Notes: generated from the sequence alone by a model not told the origin. A stretch of DNA of 64,000 nt from Marsupella aquatica (GCA_973895155.1 OZ316893.1:22959915-23023914); one strand, 5' to 3'; positions 23,354 to 37,411 are shown, counted from the first letter of the stretch. Program-made: numbers and translations.

Positions 23354-25933
23354 CTAATGTTTGGCACGCTTGCCAGAGCCGCCCGAGTGGGAGCGGTCAT
23401 CCCGCTGCTTGCAAAGTCTATCATTGTCCGACTTGAGGAGCTGGACTTGGTCTAGCAGAGATTCGTTCTCTTGCTTTGCCGCGTCCGTCTCCTCCCTTGC
23501 CTCCTGGAATGCCTCCTCCAGTTGCTGGGCGTCGCTCGTCAGCTTGCCCACCAACTGGTCCTGCTTCTCGGCTTCAGTTTGAAGCCACGCTACCTCGGCT
23601 TGTAGCGTGGCTATCTCCGTAGTGTCCCGCTGGGCCCGTTCTTCGGCCTCCTCCAGGTCTTTCTGCCAGATGACAGTTTGATTCTTCAAACTGTCAATCT
23701 GGGACCGGAGCCGTGAAATTTCGGCCTCGTTCCCAGCCTTGGCCTGTTCTGCTAGGGCGGTAAGGGCTTGCGCCTTTGCTAACAACTCATCGGCGGCTGC
23801 AACCTTGGGTCGTAGTTGCAGAAGCTCAGCCTCTTGAGCTGCCACTTCGTCCTTTAAGTGTACGGACTCCACCCGGTACCGCTCTATCCTCTGAAGGGCC
23901 TCTGACTGGGCCCGACCTGCCTTTACTATGGCAACTAACTCCTGATTGAAGAAACAGGCTACCTTCCGGGCCATGAACTCCCCGGTATCCCGGGAAATCT
24001 GTTGAGAGAAATCTCCCAAAAGCCCGTTCAGAAATGTACCTGGTACGAAGAGTTCTGGGTGGTCCAGGTTGTGTCTGTCCGGATTTGGGCACGGGCAGAC
24101 GTCAACACGTGCGGGGGCCGGGGTAGTGACATCCAGCCTTGGAGACGTAGTGTTGGAAGGGGCTGGAGTGTCCTCCTCCAGCAACGTCCGGTCCTCCGGA
24201 ATAACCCCCGGTGGGTCTTCGGGAAACCCGAGCTCGAGTAAGACCTCCGCGGTCCCGACTTCTGTACTTGGCCTGGCCTGGTTGATTGTATCTACGGCTG
24301 TGATTACCGACCCATCCGGTACCTCCTCGGCCACGGCTACAGCTACCTGTGGGGGTGGGGTGGGTGAAGCATGCATGGCCGTTGGACTTTGGGCCTTGGG
24401 TTGGGGCCGTCTCTCCAAGGCTAGGAAAACCCACCTAGCTGGGACCAGTTCAGTTACGTTGACATGGGGAAGGGTTCGTTGATCAAACCGGGCGTACCAC
24501 TCAAGAATGATCTCGATGTGGCTTGCAAAATACGCCTTTCCGCCGATGTATAACGTCTTTCTTTGCCGCTCCATCTCTTCATGGAATTTCTTAGCGAAGT
24601 ACGCTGCCCACCTCCTAGGTCGATAGTTCTCGACCTGGATAACCTGGGCAGCGGAGATCTCACCCCGGGGTTCCATCATGTGGAGGGCGTACCGTTGGAA
24701 CTCCAGTCGCTCAGCTATCTCGGGGATGAGGCAAGTCCTCATCACGAACCCGTTGTCCACTGATCCCTCGGAGGGAAAACCCGAGGATTGGTACTTGGCT
24801 CCCTTGCCCCCGGGAGCCCGTGATTCGACGCGGTAGTCACCTTCGGGTAACCCAAAGATCATCTTGAGCCTTTCTTCCGTGAGGGACATATTCCTTCCCC
24901 GCAGCCGAGTATGTTGACAGGCATCATCATAATTCTTGACGAATTCCGTCATATCACCCCCGTAGTACCTGCAAGTGTTCCAGGGGAGAGAGGCGAGGTG
25001 CTCGAATCCCTGAGTTTTCAGGTACACCGCATGCTTGGGATGGAGGATGTTTTTATGCACGTTTTCCCCCATGCGGTGCATTGTCACCTTGGCCATGGCT
25101 ACCGTGGCCATGGGTAACCCGGATGCAGCAGCGGGCTCCTTCCTCTTCTTTCCCCGTGACTGGCTCGGGGAGGGTGACACCTCCCCATCCTCTCGATCGG
25201 GTATAGGTAATGCCACCGCCGTTAGTATTGGTACCGGGGCGGCCACGGTCACCGCGTTGTCTACTGGAGCCGCTCCTCGGGGCCGTCTGAGCAAAGGGGG
25301 GGTAGCCTCATCGTCGTCGCTAAGGTCCACAACGTTGATGATGGAGCGCACTTGCACTGGCGGGACGATCGGTGGTGGGGGTTGGCTAGGCAAAGGCTGA
25401 GACTGAAGCTGAGCCTGGGCCTGCGTTGGCGCGGGTACGGGTATGGGGTCGACTGGCCCGGCGCTGGTGGTTGAGGGTCTAGTTCCCATGAAGTTCTGCA
25501 GGTGCTGGCAGAGTAGCTCCGAAGCAAGTACAGAGGGCCTTGTCGAACGGGTAGTGCTGAATGTGCTGTTGATGCTAGCCTGGACCCGAGCAAGGATGTG
25601 GTCGAAGTGATGCCGTTGCACGTTGATCGTGCCCGGGATATTGAAGACTTCGTCCAAAAGTCGAAGCAAAGCTTCCCAGAACCCGATATATTTATCTCCG
25701 TTGAAGAAATACCCTGCTACCTCTTCTGGTCGGTAAAGCTCGATCTGAGACGGGTAGCCAAAGTTAAAGATACAATGGTGTCGTGTTGCTAGGCGGATGG
25801 TTCTCTCGTACTCGCATTCGATTTTGAATCAGCGCGGGTTGGCGTGTTCCAATGAGTCGGCCAAGTGTCTTCCGGTAGACAGGAACTGCGTCCAGAATCG
25901 TAGGGCCGAACTGGAGAGGATCGTGTGCAACAT
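23354..25933 (-). pseudogene. LTR-encoded protein, family A (859 codons, one premature stop)
   Basis: The ATG at 25933 is in frame with the 771-aa ORF; there is a single TGA at codon 35 (25829-25831), which is CGA in the other LTR. Confidence 0.85.
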
Positions 25934-26030
25934 TCAGAGGAGAAAGCAGTGACGACTAAAAGGGAGAGAGCTGGGGTCAAAGCTGGCGTGTGGACTGAAT
26001 GACTGGTGCACTTGCAAAGGATCGGCCCCT

Positions 26031-26037
26031 TTTTATA
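26031..26037 (-). promoter_or_regulatory. Putative TATA box for the LTR ORF (also at 40781-40787)
   Basis: GGGTATAAAAAGGGG on the minus strand about 100 nt upstream of the ATG, conserved in both LTRs. Confidence 0.55.
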
Positions 26038-26372
26038 CCCTGAGAGCTCGTCGATCGCCCGAAGCCTCCTCGTTGCTTATAGGTCGAACCTCTCATGCTT
26101 GTAGTGTACCGGCCACTCCGCTGGTCCGAGTCAGCGCGTGATAGTGGCCGCCTCCCGAAGTTTGTTATACAGACCCGAGGGGGGGGGCAGGGGGCCCATT
26201 ACACGATCGCAACCTGGGCGTGCGAATAGCGACGCGCCGCCAACCCGAACATGAATTCCCTTTATTGACTAATGATTTCCTACTCATAATGGCTACCTAA
26301 ATATTGTCGTTATGCTAATGATAGCGGCCTAAGATACCCCTAATGCGCGTGCTAAGCATGGTTTAGACGGAA

Positions 26373-29300
26373 TCACTCATTACTCGCCGTACCGGCGGCG
26401 TCACATAGCTCCCTGCTTAATTGTGAAGCGTCCTCGCGAACATCACTCTCGGCGTCGTCGTCTTGATGGTGGTACTTCTTTACACGATCATAACTGACTC
26501 GCGTGGGGAGTAAATCGTCGGCGTACGTCGCAAGCTCCAAAGATCCGTTAGGGTAGATCTGATTGACTAGAAAGGGCCCTAACCAACGGGTATGAAGCTT
26601 CCCTGGAAACTGCATGTACCTACTATCGTAGAGAAGGACTAGATCGTCTGTCACGACGTTGACCTTCCGTAGTCTTTTGTCGTGCTGCTTCTTGGAAGTT
26701 GCCTGCTTCATTACGACGTGTCGAGCTGCTAGTAGCCGTGCCTCTTCTAAGGCTTCAATCTGATAAGCTAGGTCTGACGAACTTTCAGGTTCAGGTAAGC
26801 GATCCCGAATGCTGACCCGTGGAGTGTGTACTTCAAACTCGACGGGCACCAACGAATGTTGGCCGAACACGAGAAAGTACGGGCTGTGACTCGTAGTAGT
26901 TTTGTAAGCTAGATTATACGAGTACACCGCTGCGTACAACTTATCATCCCAATCCGTTTTGTGCGTAGCTACAGTTTTGTTGAGGATCTTCCCAATGATA
27001 CCATTTGCTCTCTCTGTCATCCCGTTGGCTTTAGGATGATACGGGGTAGTCTTGCGGTGTTTGACTAGGTAACGCTCTGTAAGCTGGGCTATGGTGTCAT
27101 TGAGGAAGTGCGTTCCACGGTCGCTTACCAATTCTAAGGGCAGTCCGAACCGGGTGAAAATCTGTTCATATAAGAACCTGGCGCTGGTTGCGGTGTCGTC
27201 CTTCACCGTAGCCCGCGCTTTGACCCACTTGGTGGAGTAATCAATAGCTAGCAGGATGTACCTACATCTTTGCCTTCGGGTAACGGGAGTAAACGGCCCG
27301 ATATAATCAATACCCCATTTTTCGAACGGTGCTAATGGAAGCACGGACGTGAGAGGGTGATGATGAGCTCGTCTCGGGGCCCCAGCCCGCTGACACAGGT
27401 CACAGCCCTTGATGAAGTGTTGTACATCCCGATGCAACGTAGGCCACCAATACCCTGAGTCCAGAATCTTTCGGCCTGTCGTGATAGCCGCAAAATGACC
27501 TCCAGCTTCTTCTTCATGCAAGACCCGCATCACGATAAGCGTCTCCTTATACTCCAAGCAGCGTCGTAACTTCCCATTAACTCCTTCCTTATGTAGGTGA
27601 CCCTGTACCTTGACGTAAGGCCCGGATTTCCGTAGAAACACAGCAGCGGCTTCTTGGTTGATGTCGTCAGGGATGCGGCCTGTTAAGAGGAAGGTGATTA
27701 TTGAGCCATACCACGTTGGCGTCCCTGCCCCTACGTGGAACAACTCCTCATCCGGAAAAATATCATCAATTGGCTGATCGACTGGTACGCCGTCCAGCCT
27801 TGAAAAGAAGTTGGCGTTGAGGTGTGCCTTTCCTGGCCAAACCCGAACTTCGTAGTTAAATTCTTGGAGAAGTAGCACCCACCAGGCTATCCGTCCCGTC
27901 ACGTCTGCTTTGTTGACCATGTACTTCAGGCTATCATGATCCGTGTGGAATATGACCTTGTAGCCAAGCAGATAGTGTCGGAACTTCTTACATGAGTAGA
28001 TTATTCCCAGTGCTTCTCGATCCGTGGGGGAATAATTTTTTTGGCTATGAATAATTGACGGCTAGCAAAGTAGATGGGGTGGTCGCGTCCGTCCTTATCA
28101 AGCTGGCTGAGCACAGACCTGATACAGAACCCTGACACATCGACATACACGTGGAACTCCTTATTCCAGTCCGGAGTGACCATGATAGGTGCGGTGGTGA
28201 GTCATTTACGGAGTTCTTCGAAAGCAATCCGTCTCCTGGGTGTCTCCTCGATCATTGCGTCCTTTTTCATCATCTCAGTCAAGGGCAATGTTATTTTAGC
28301 AAAGTCTTTAATGAACCGACGGTAATACCCTACACAGCCCAAGAAGGATCGTACCGCTTTTTGATCCACGGGAAACACCATCGCCATCCAGGCCGCGACC
28401 TTCTCTTGGTCCACCTCGATACCCCGTTTGGACACACGATGCCCGAGCAACACTCCCTCCTCTACCCCGAAGAAGCACTTGGAGGGATGTAGTTTGAGGT
28501 TAACCTCTCGGCATTGTTGCAACATACGTCTTAGGTGTTCGGGGTGCATGGCGACTGTTCCAAAGATGGCGAAGTCGTCGATAAATATCTCCAGAAATTC
28601 CCGTAGGAAATCGTGGAAGATATTCATCATGAGTCACTGAAACATGGCCGAGGCGTTACACAGACCGAAAGGCATTCTCCGAAATGCGAAAGTCCCCCAT
28701 TCCGTAGTGAACGTTGTTTTGAGCTGATCCGAGAGGCGAATCCAGATTTAATTATAACCCAAATACCCGTCAAGGAATGTATAAATTTCATTTTGGGCTA
28801 CCATATCTAGAACCATATCCGTGAATGGTAACGGGTAATGGTCTTTTCGGGTCACGTCGTTCAGCTTACGATAGTCCTGACAGATCCGGATTTTAGGTTT
28901 TCCATCCGTACCTCCCTGTTTTGGTACAATGACAATGGGAGAGACCCAGTCGCTGGCCATTACCGGGTAGATGATATCTGCGGCGAGGAGACGGTCAATT
29001 TCCTCCTTCACTAAGATGGAGTACCTCGGGTTCATGCAACGTTGTCGCTGCCGTACTGCATGGGCCCCCAGATTCAAATCGATCGTGTGTTCTCCTAACT
29101 CGGGGGAGACTCCTGTTAAATCGTGATGGCTCCATGCAAACACATCTTCATATTCCTTGAGCAGAGCTTGGATGGATTTTTCCGCCTCCCCCGTCAGAGC
29201 GTGGCCCAGGTTAAAAGATTTATCCATCCCAATGGTGTACTTCCGGTAGTGCTCCTTCCTGATGACTTCAACTTGGTTCCGCAAGCTCGGGTCCAGGCTC

Positions 29301-32300
29301 TCATCAAGTTCAGCTAACCGAACTCCTCCGTACATGGGTGGAACCGGGATTGGTTTCGGGATTGGAGTTACTTCCTCCAATTGTGGGATGGACGGATCCC
29401 AAGAGACTCGTTTCTTATGTCTCGGTCTCGGGTTTTCGGCCTCGGGCGGTTGTTTGGCTGGTTCGTGGTCACGAGGCTCTGCACTGGTAGAAGCAGCATC
29501 GGCTCCCTGCTTAGCTGGAGCCGTGTCCTCCGTATCGATGAGTCAATTTTGCGTTTCCTCATCCCGGGCAGTAGAAGTGCTCGGGGTGGACTCAACGACA
29601 GACTTTGGGTAATTCAGGAGATGTGTTTTGCAGGTTGCCTCAACTCCAAAGACATCTTCCTCGGACAGGGACGAGATGAGTTCAATCATATTGAGTTCCT
29701 CTTCCTCTGAGGTCTCCGAATCATATTCCTCGGGTCCCTGTGGGGTTTCGCCCTGATAATCGTCCATTGCCCATGATACCCGTACTGTGGGTGTCCCAAA
29801 CCGTAGCTCCTTCTTTCCCAATCCGTGACCACACGGCCACCGTACAGCCACGGCCTGCCTAGGAGGACCGGATAAGAGGAGGGCCGAACCGGCCTCATGA
29901 CTAGGAAGTTGAGATAGAACTCCACCCCTCCTACCAGAGTGAGTACCCGTGTGAGCGTGCCCAATGGAAGAACCCTTGCCCCGTTTGCTAATCTGATAGC
30001 TCGGGCTATGGGTTGATACGTGAGGTATCCTAACTTGACTGACGTTTCTTCAGTCATGATGTTGACTCCCGCTCCTCCGTCTACGAGAACCATCTTGATG
30101 GTACAATTATTAATTTCAATCGAGATGTCCGGCGCTCCCAGGTCCTCGCATATCATGTTGCAATCCGCAATCCCAACTCGGGGTAGTTGCCTCCGTCGTC
30201 AACCCGTAAGCAACTCCCTCAGTTGCCGTCGGTACTGTGGATTGTTTTGCAACAGTTGTCCTACCGTTGCTGTAACCGGGCAACTCTTCACGTCTTCCTT
30301 AATATCATAATCCTCCTTCTTTTCTTCCTTCGGCTGCTGCTTGACTTCCTCTTGCTTTTCTTGCTTTTCTTGCTCCTGTCGCCGGGCGGTCTTGGCTACT
30401 TTGATGTCCTTATCGATTGCCTTCTGGTATTCTCGAGCTTCGTAGGCCTCCAGCTGTTTCTTTACCAATTCTTTGATGCGGGGGAAAAATAGCTTCGGGT
30501 CATCCCAACGGTAGTCATCGTCCTTCTCCGGGGGTATATCTATCGCTGGCTGCACCGGAGTAGTATCTTGCTTTTTCCTGCGTTTCTCCTCCTGCTTCTC
30601 TTCCTTCCGTTCGGCTCTTGTTGACACACGATAGCACTCAGCCTCGTCAGATGGATTAGGGTGTTCCGCCACGTCCACCAGATTCACCCACTTGGTGTTG
30701 TCATCTTGCCATTCCACCGCAATCATTTGGACAACCGCATCACTCGTGGCCGGTCCGTCCTGGGCTGGTCTTGCTGCATTTGTTCGAGCGGCCATTACCA
30801 ATGGATAGTTAGCCGTGGAATGAGCTTCCGTTTTGCAGACTTGACAAAGTGGCGTGCCACGGCCATCCCCCTGGCGTCTTGGTTCTGTGCATTCCCTCGC
30901 AAAGTGGCCTAGCTTCTCACGGTTGTAACAAACCGGGGATCGCCAAATCCCTGGTTTAGGAGGAATGCTAGGGTTACTGATAACTTGGAAGCTTTGGCCA
31001 TTGTTTGGGTAGGGGTACATGCAGTTCTACCTGCTAAGTTACGCGGACCCACCGTTGAAATCTGATACACTGAATCAGGAGGGTCTTCAAAGAAATACTC
31101 CGTGGACTCCGCTTCAGGTCCCGGGTTGTCGACATCATCTAATTCCACCTGGTGAACTCGGTTCTTCCATCTTGGGCATTCTTGCACGACATGCCGGATT
31201 GGAAGCACTTTGAACACCACGCATGGGCTCGGATCTCAGATGGCTTCTTCTTCTCCACCGGCTTTTCCGCGAGATGTACTGACAGTGCTTTGAGGCGATC
31301 CATGATTTCGTTAAGCTTGTCTGCTTCGGCAGTCTTTGGATCGGGTATCGTTCTTCGAGTACGGGATTTGAGTTTCCCCTCCTTCTTAACCCGCCTTTTC
31401 TTCTTCTTGCTCCGGCTCTCACTTTCCGAATCACTTCCTGATGAGCTGGAGGTGGAGGACCCACTGTTCGAAGTTGAATCCGAACTAGATTCCATCTCCG
31501 AACTGGACGAGGTCGAACGATGTTTCTTCTTCTTCTTGCGTTTCTTCTTCTTCTTGTCGTCTGATTTGGAGTCACTGTCACTGAAGGTCTCGTACTTGCC
31601 CGCTGGTCCCGTATATGTGGACTCCCGGTAGGTTTTGGCGCACGCTATGGCCGCTTGCATTGAAATTGGATTATTCTGGCGCACCCAGAATTGCATATTC
31701 GTGGGCAAACCATGGAGGAACCATGTAAGCTGGAGTGCGTCACCCGGCCTGAGCCGTATCTTGGCAGCAAGTTTATGAAACTTCTGGATGAACTTTTGCA
31801 GGGACTCCTTTTTTCCCATGCGAAGCTGGCCGATCTTTAATAAAGAGCGCTGCTCGGATCCAATAGCACAAAATTCTTGCAGCAACGCAGCTTGGAATTG
31901 TGCCCATGTAGTCCCGGGTGGTAGCGAGTTGTACCATGGACGAGCTTCTCCCCGCATCACTCCAGGGAGGACGGTTAGCTTAATGGCGTCTTCCCCGTTA
32001 GCCTTAGCAGTGGCTTCAAACTCATCCAACCATTCATCCGGATCATCCCCATGATGCCCTTTGAAAGGTCGATAATGAAACCGCGATCATTGCAATATTT
32101 ATGGAGGAGCTTGGGCAGTGCGGGCCATTGGTGGGGCGGCTGCCATAGGTGGTGGCGGTGGTGGCGCAGGAACCGCAGTAGGACCGGTCGAACCGGACCC
32201 CGAAGGTCCTGGTGGTATGTTCATTTGTCGGGGGGATTGCGAGTCCTTCGAGCTAGAAGAGTCAGAGCTTGTTGGGGTTGCACTTTCTCGTTCGCTGGTC

Positions 32301-32341
32301 AATCTCCTCAAGTAAGCTGCTTGAGAACGAGTGACGGGCAT
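26373..32341 (-). pseudogene. Gypsy gag-pol of family A (several stops and frameshifts)
   Basis: Gag (DPDEWLDEFE, GEARPWY), three CCHC-like knuckles, protease VDGGAGVN, RT FIDDF, RNase H VDVSG/TDH, integrase HHCC plus WGID..SDRG..GMTE and a GPF module. The integrase stop lies inside the 3' LTR. Confidence 0.93.
26409..26418 (-). other. Polypurine tract
   Basis: AAGCAGGGAG-CTA immediately before the TGTGA start of the 3' LTR; short and imperfect. Confidence 0.55.
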
Positions 32342-32434
32342 TTACTCGTGTAAATGCAATGGTTAGTACTAGGGCCTGGTGTATTCTGCCCAGGCGAATA
32401 CGCACATGTCTCCCCTCTACGATATGTAGAGTGC

Positions 32435-32452
32435 CCCCTCCATCTAGCGCCA
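32435..32452 (-). other. Primer binding site, tRNA-Asn type
   Basis: TGGCGCTAGATGGAGGGG, 13 nt after the 5' LTR. It differs by one base from the complement of the plant tRNA-Asn 3' end as I recall it (CCCCTCCTTCTAGCGCCA). Confidence 0.7.
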
Positions 32453-32666
32453 AAAACAAAGGCTATGTCACGTCGTCGGCTTCGGCCTTAACTCGGGCTT
32501 TGGCCTAGACGGGCACATCCTTCGTAACAATGAGGGTTTGGGCAGGGAGGGAAGCATGTAATGCACCTAATTTGTGTAAACTAGCACTAAGTGCGCCTAC
32601 TGTTAGATATGGACACATCCTAGGTATGGTTTGTGTTCCGCCGCTGGAACGTACCTTAGTCGATAG

Positions 32667-35600
32667 TGTGATGCCTAGCCAGGAATCACTGGACTAGTTT
32701 AAGTGGGAAAAGGGAAGTGTACCCTAGAAACACCTTAGTATAGTTACGAAAATAAGGAAAATATAAACAATTAAGGGTGACTATGGAACCCAAGCCGAGG
32801 CCGGAAGTAAGGACGCCGGGGGAGAGAACACGATTAGGGTTAGGGCACGCTAAGTGCCGGCGGCTAGGGGTAACCAACGGGAGGGAGAACCAGAGGAGGA
32901 GAGGGGTAAGGACCGCTCGCGAGGAATAGTGGCTCATTTGCAAGCACGAACTGGGCAGGTGACTACGGGCGACCAACTACTATCAACTGCTTAGGCAAGC
33001 ACTCAGGGTGGGAGCAGATACCGACTATCAACTCGAGAAGGGTATGAGCAACGTCAATCAAGTGGCACATTTTTGGGGATGCTTGTTCGAACGGGCAACT
33101 GAGTACATTGGGATTTACGAGGACAAAGAATCAGAGAGAGCTTCTCGAGAACGGCAGGAGCTCGCTCGATTGTGGGAGCTACATAAAGCTGCCTTCTTAG
33201 GAGGAGAACTCATCAAGGCCGAATTCTTGTGGACTCCTACTGGTAACGAGCTAGACAACCTGCTGTTTTGCGAAGACCGAATCGTCGGCATCCGCGAAGC
33301 CATCAAACGCTGCAACGACATACACTGGGAGTTGAAGGGTAGCACGGAGGGGTGGACGAAGGCAACCGTGCTAGGAGAGACATCCACGGCAGCCGAGATG
33401 AAGAGGAAGGGAAACAACAATGAAGAGGCCACCCCGGAAAAAAGAACGAGGTTGGCGGCACCAAAGAAACCAGCCAAACAGCAGAGCAGGAGGCAGAGAG
33501 AAGCCGAGGAGGAGGAGGTCGACCCCATCAACGTTGTTCCAATGAGAGATGACACCTAGAAAGGCTGGGCGGTGATCCTCCCCGAGGAGGTTCAATTACA
33601 CTTTGCAAGGGAGGAGGATGCATGCTTTACGGCTATGCAGACTCGGAAATACCAGGGCTTCATGGCCGGATCCAGCTTGGAAACCTTCGTAAAGTTACTA
33701 TGGCTGAAGCCGGAGGTGCCGGATTCAGACTTACTAGAATTTGTGGGATCATGGGAGTCCGAGACCAATTCCACAAGGGTGTATGGGAAGGATTTCTATC
33801 TCACTCCCCAGGTGATTGCCGAAGTATTTGCCTTGCCGATGGGCAATAAGACCAAGGTAGATACCAGGAAGACCTGGCCAGACAAGGAGTTTTGGTTGTT
33901 TCCAGGGCCTTCAACAAAGAATGGCTTCTTCCGTAACACCTGCACTAACCCGCATATAGGAGAGATGATCGATTTCTTGCGGGTGACCATGCATTGCAAC
34001 TGGCCAAGAGCAGAGATCGGCAAGGCACAGGTCTATCTGGCAGAGAGGCCAGACCCAAGCCGGGACTACAACGGTTACCTCCTCACTCAACTAAAGAAGA
34101 TCTTGAAGGAGGAACAGCTGGTGATCGGCAAGGGAAGCGTGTCCCGGCTTGGCTATCACATGCCGCTATTGTGCCGGTATGCCCGAAGTAAGACCTTTGC
34201 CCGGTACTTCCCCTACAAGCAAGGGCACCGGAGGAGGTTCCAGAATAGAGGCCGGCAACTGAGAAACCCAACCCGCCCGACAGTCCTACAATCGAGCAGG
34301 TGTTTAGGCCAAGGACGGAGGACTTGCCGATGCAGCAACCAGGCATGCAGAATCTGCTGAAATTGCTGGAAAAGGAAAAGAGAACGGCAACGGCAACGGC
34401 AACGACGACCGCAATAGCACCAATACAGGACACTGCTCCAGAGGTAGGACTAAGCCGTCTTACAAGGGAAAACCCCTTTACTAGAGCCAAGGAGAGAAGG
34501 AGGCCGGAACACGAGCCGAGAGTCCGGATGTATGTAGGAGCCTCAAGTCCCGAAGCCGAGGAGAAGCAACCCGTAGCTCCCGGCCACGACAAGGAGAACA
34601 AGAGATCAACACGGAAGCCGGAGGAGGAACCAAGACCAGTGATAGGTGAAGCCGGGTTCACGACAAAACCAGGAGAGCAGCGGGAGAAGCCGGTAGTCCA
34701 AGCCAAAGAGGAGGCGGCGGAGGACTACAGCAATGATAACTCCGGCTACAGGTCGGATCATCATGTTCCAGGAGTAAGGACCTGTGGCCGGTTCATCCCC
34801 ATGCTCCCAAGAGTAGTTCGAGGGGACCCAACCCAGCAGAGCAGCCCCGAGTCTCCCCCACCAGATGTCGCTCCCCCGAGCTTTGACGGCATAAAACAGA
34901 CGGCACAGGAATTTTAGGAGTGAATCAGGGAGGAAGAGGAGGCAGCCCTGGCTAGGGAGAAGGATTTACCAGGAGGAGAATGGCCAGAGAACATCAGGCG
35001 CCTTGCAGAAAAATGAAGCAGCCCTCCGGCCACGATAGAAGAGATCCGCAAGGCGGCTTGGGAACAAAGGCCACGATGGATGATGCCGATGACTTCTACT
35101 TCCTCCACCTATGCTAAAGAGAGAGCCATGGAGTACGGGGAGATATGTGGAGAACTGGCGCTCAGCATCTTTGGGGAAGAGTTGGAGCAAGGACCCTTTT
35201 TTCAGAGGGAGATGTTGGAGAAGCGCCAATTAGAAGAAGCGGTGGCTTTGGAAAGAAGCAAGAAGGATGAGGTCATCCGTCGGCTTAGGGCAAGGGAAGC
35301 TGAAATTGAAGACCTAAGGGCGGCCAAGAAAGCCCAAGATGAGCTGCGGATTAAGCGGCATGAGCTAAATATCATGTAGGGCCAGTTGGATACCGCATAG
35401 TCTGATAATCGGATTATCGAGAATAAACTGACGCGGACCCAAGGAGAGTTGGCCGATGCGATCAAGGAGCGGGAGAAGTGGAAGCGAGAGCTGAGGGATG
35501 CAGAGGAGGCCCACATAACAGCCAACAACCGGGCCATGGCGGAGACCCAGCGAAGGGAAAGGGCATTAAAGGGGGAGCTCAAGGATATCCGCGGAGCCCT

Positions 35601-37411
35601 TGAGCAGAAGGAGGCCGAGTTAGGGAAATCCTATCGAGGGATTATTCTGCTACAGCAGGAGCTTGCATCCCTGACGGCCAGCTTCAAGGCCGACCTGCGT
35701 GAGAAGGACAATATGCTTGATCAGACTTACGCCAAGATGAACCAGATGGAGTTTGTCATCATTGCAGAGCTCGACAAGGAGTTAAGAGCAACCCGGGAGG
35801 AGAGAGCTGCGTTAAAGAAGGAGCTGGAGGAAGCCCACAAGGAGCTGGAGGAAGCCCAGAAGGAGCTGGAGGAGGCGCACAAGGACCTGGACAAAGTGCA
35901 GGAGGAGTTGGAGGAAAGCACGCGGAAGCTAGAGAACTTGCAACGGCGAGCCGACAACCAAACGGAGCGACTGAAGAAACAAGCCGCAGTATTTAAATGC
36001 TTGGCTTCATCAGGCCCAACTCCAATTGGGGCCACCATGTTACCAGGAGTGGTACTGGCCGAAGGACAAGCCGCACCACTTGCACCAGTGCCGGAAGTAA
36101 GTGGGAAGGGGAAGGGGCCAGCTGCCGAACCAGAGAAGAAGAAGAAGCGGAAACCTTCTGGGTCAAGGAGTAATACGGCTCCACAGGCCGAGGTGACCAA
36201 GGAGGTAAACCCAGCACCGACCTCAGGCAGGGTCACGGCAGAGGATCCAACTACCCTAGGAGAAGGGGATGACGAAGCCGAGGCCAGGATACTCGGTAAT
36301 GAAGCCGAGGCTGATGCTGATGCCGAAGCCGAGGCTGATGCCGAAGCCGAAGCCGAAGGTGGACCCAGTCAGGCCGATGGAGAGTTGACTCAGTCCAGGG
36401 CAGGTAATCTGTCAGAGAACAAACCTACGGCAGTGGCTGAGGAGGAAGCATTGGGGGCGTCCACTGAGGAACAGACACCGCTGCCATGACGGTGGTGGAG
36501 GGCCACTCCTTTCAAGGAGGGCGGACGTGGAGGGAGGTGACGTGAGTGGGCAGGGCGGGCTCAGATCTCTAAGTTTAGGATTAGGATTAGGATCAGGACC
36601 AGGAGGCGGCCCTAACACTTAGCTTAGTGGGATTGCGGTTCCACTGGTAAGAGCAACACTTGTACTCCTGCCTCGCTGTACATAGGTAGATTCAGTTAGG
36701 TAGATTACAGTTAGGTAGATTAGGCTTACGCTGCAAGGAATTAGGCGGATCCACTACCAGGATAAGTACCTGGGCAGCGAGGAGCTCGGGGCCTCTTCTT
36801 TAGCAAGTTTTTAGTTGCACCAGCCAGGCTGGGATCAAGTAGTAAGAAAAGCTCTCGGTTAGTCATACAGTGACCCTTGTGTATATTCATGTTTCCTCAT
36901 GCCTAAGAGCTGAATAGAGTTGGCCTCATGGCTTAGTTCGCAGAGCTTGTGTATGAGATGTACTGTTTGTATGGCAAGTGCATGGTATGACTCAGTCAGA
37001 AGGAGTCATTTTGCTATTTTTGTATCGCATTAACTTGTGTGAAGAGTGCCCACATCAACTAATAGATGAAGGAAAGTAAGCAAGGGAGTGAGAGTTGGAT
37101 GTGTCGAGCTGACAGAGGTCTTAGCGGCTTAACCAAGCCTATTGGGGATCATTCCGGCGGCGGAATCCAAATATACCTAACCAGAAGGAGGGGAAGACAA
37201 GGGAAGGCCTAGATTAGGCCGGCTACGTATCTCATGACCCGATGAAGGATCTGTCCAGTATATGTGTGTAAAATGTTAATAGTAGTAGTTGGAAGTTAGC
37301 AGCGTCCCATGCCGCTAAGCCACAAAAACGGCCTCGCCAAGCGCGAAACCTACGGGAATCGGCTTGTGCAGGGGGGTTTCTTGGGTTTAGGGAGTCATGG
37401 GACGCACCACA
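32667..37411 (+). mobile_element. Family-B unit, probable solo LTR (4745 bp) with internal ORF
   Basis: TGTGATGCC...GCACCACA with perfect TSD GATAG (32662-32666 / 37412-37416); no gag or pol; collinear with 49761-54390. Confidence 0.9.
33044..36489 (+). pseudogene. LTR-encoded protein, family B copy 1 (several stops and one frameshift)
   Basis: ORF pieces 33008-33559, 33572-34200, 34300-34917, 35080-35379 and 35449-36489 tile the protein of copy 2. Confidence 0.85.

Larger units (their letters stand above)
22459..26405 (-). repeat. 3' LTR of the family-A element (3947 bp)
   Basis: Plus strand TGTCACG...GGCGTCACA; collinear with 32466-32666 plus 37417-41155. Confidence 0.93.
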
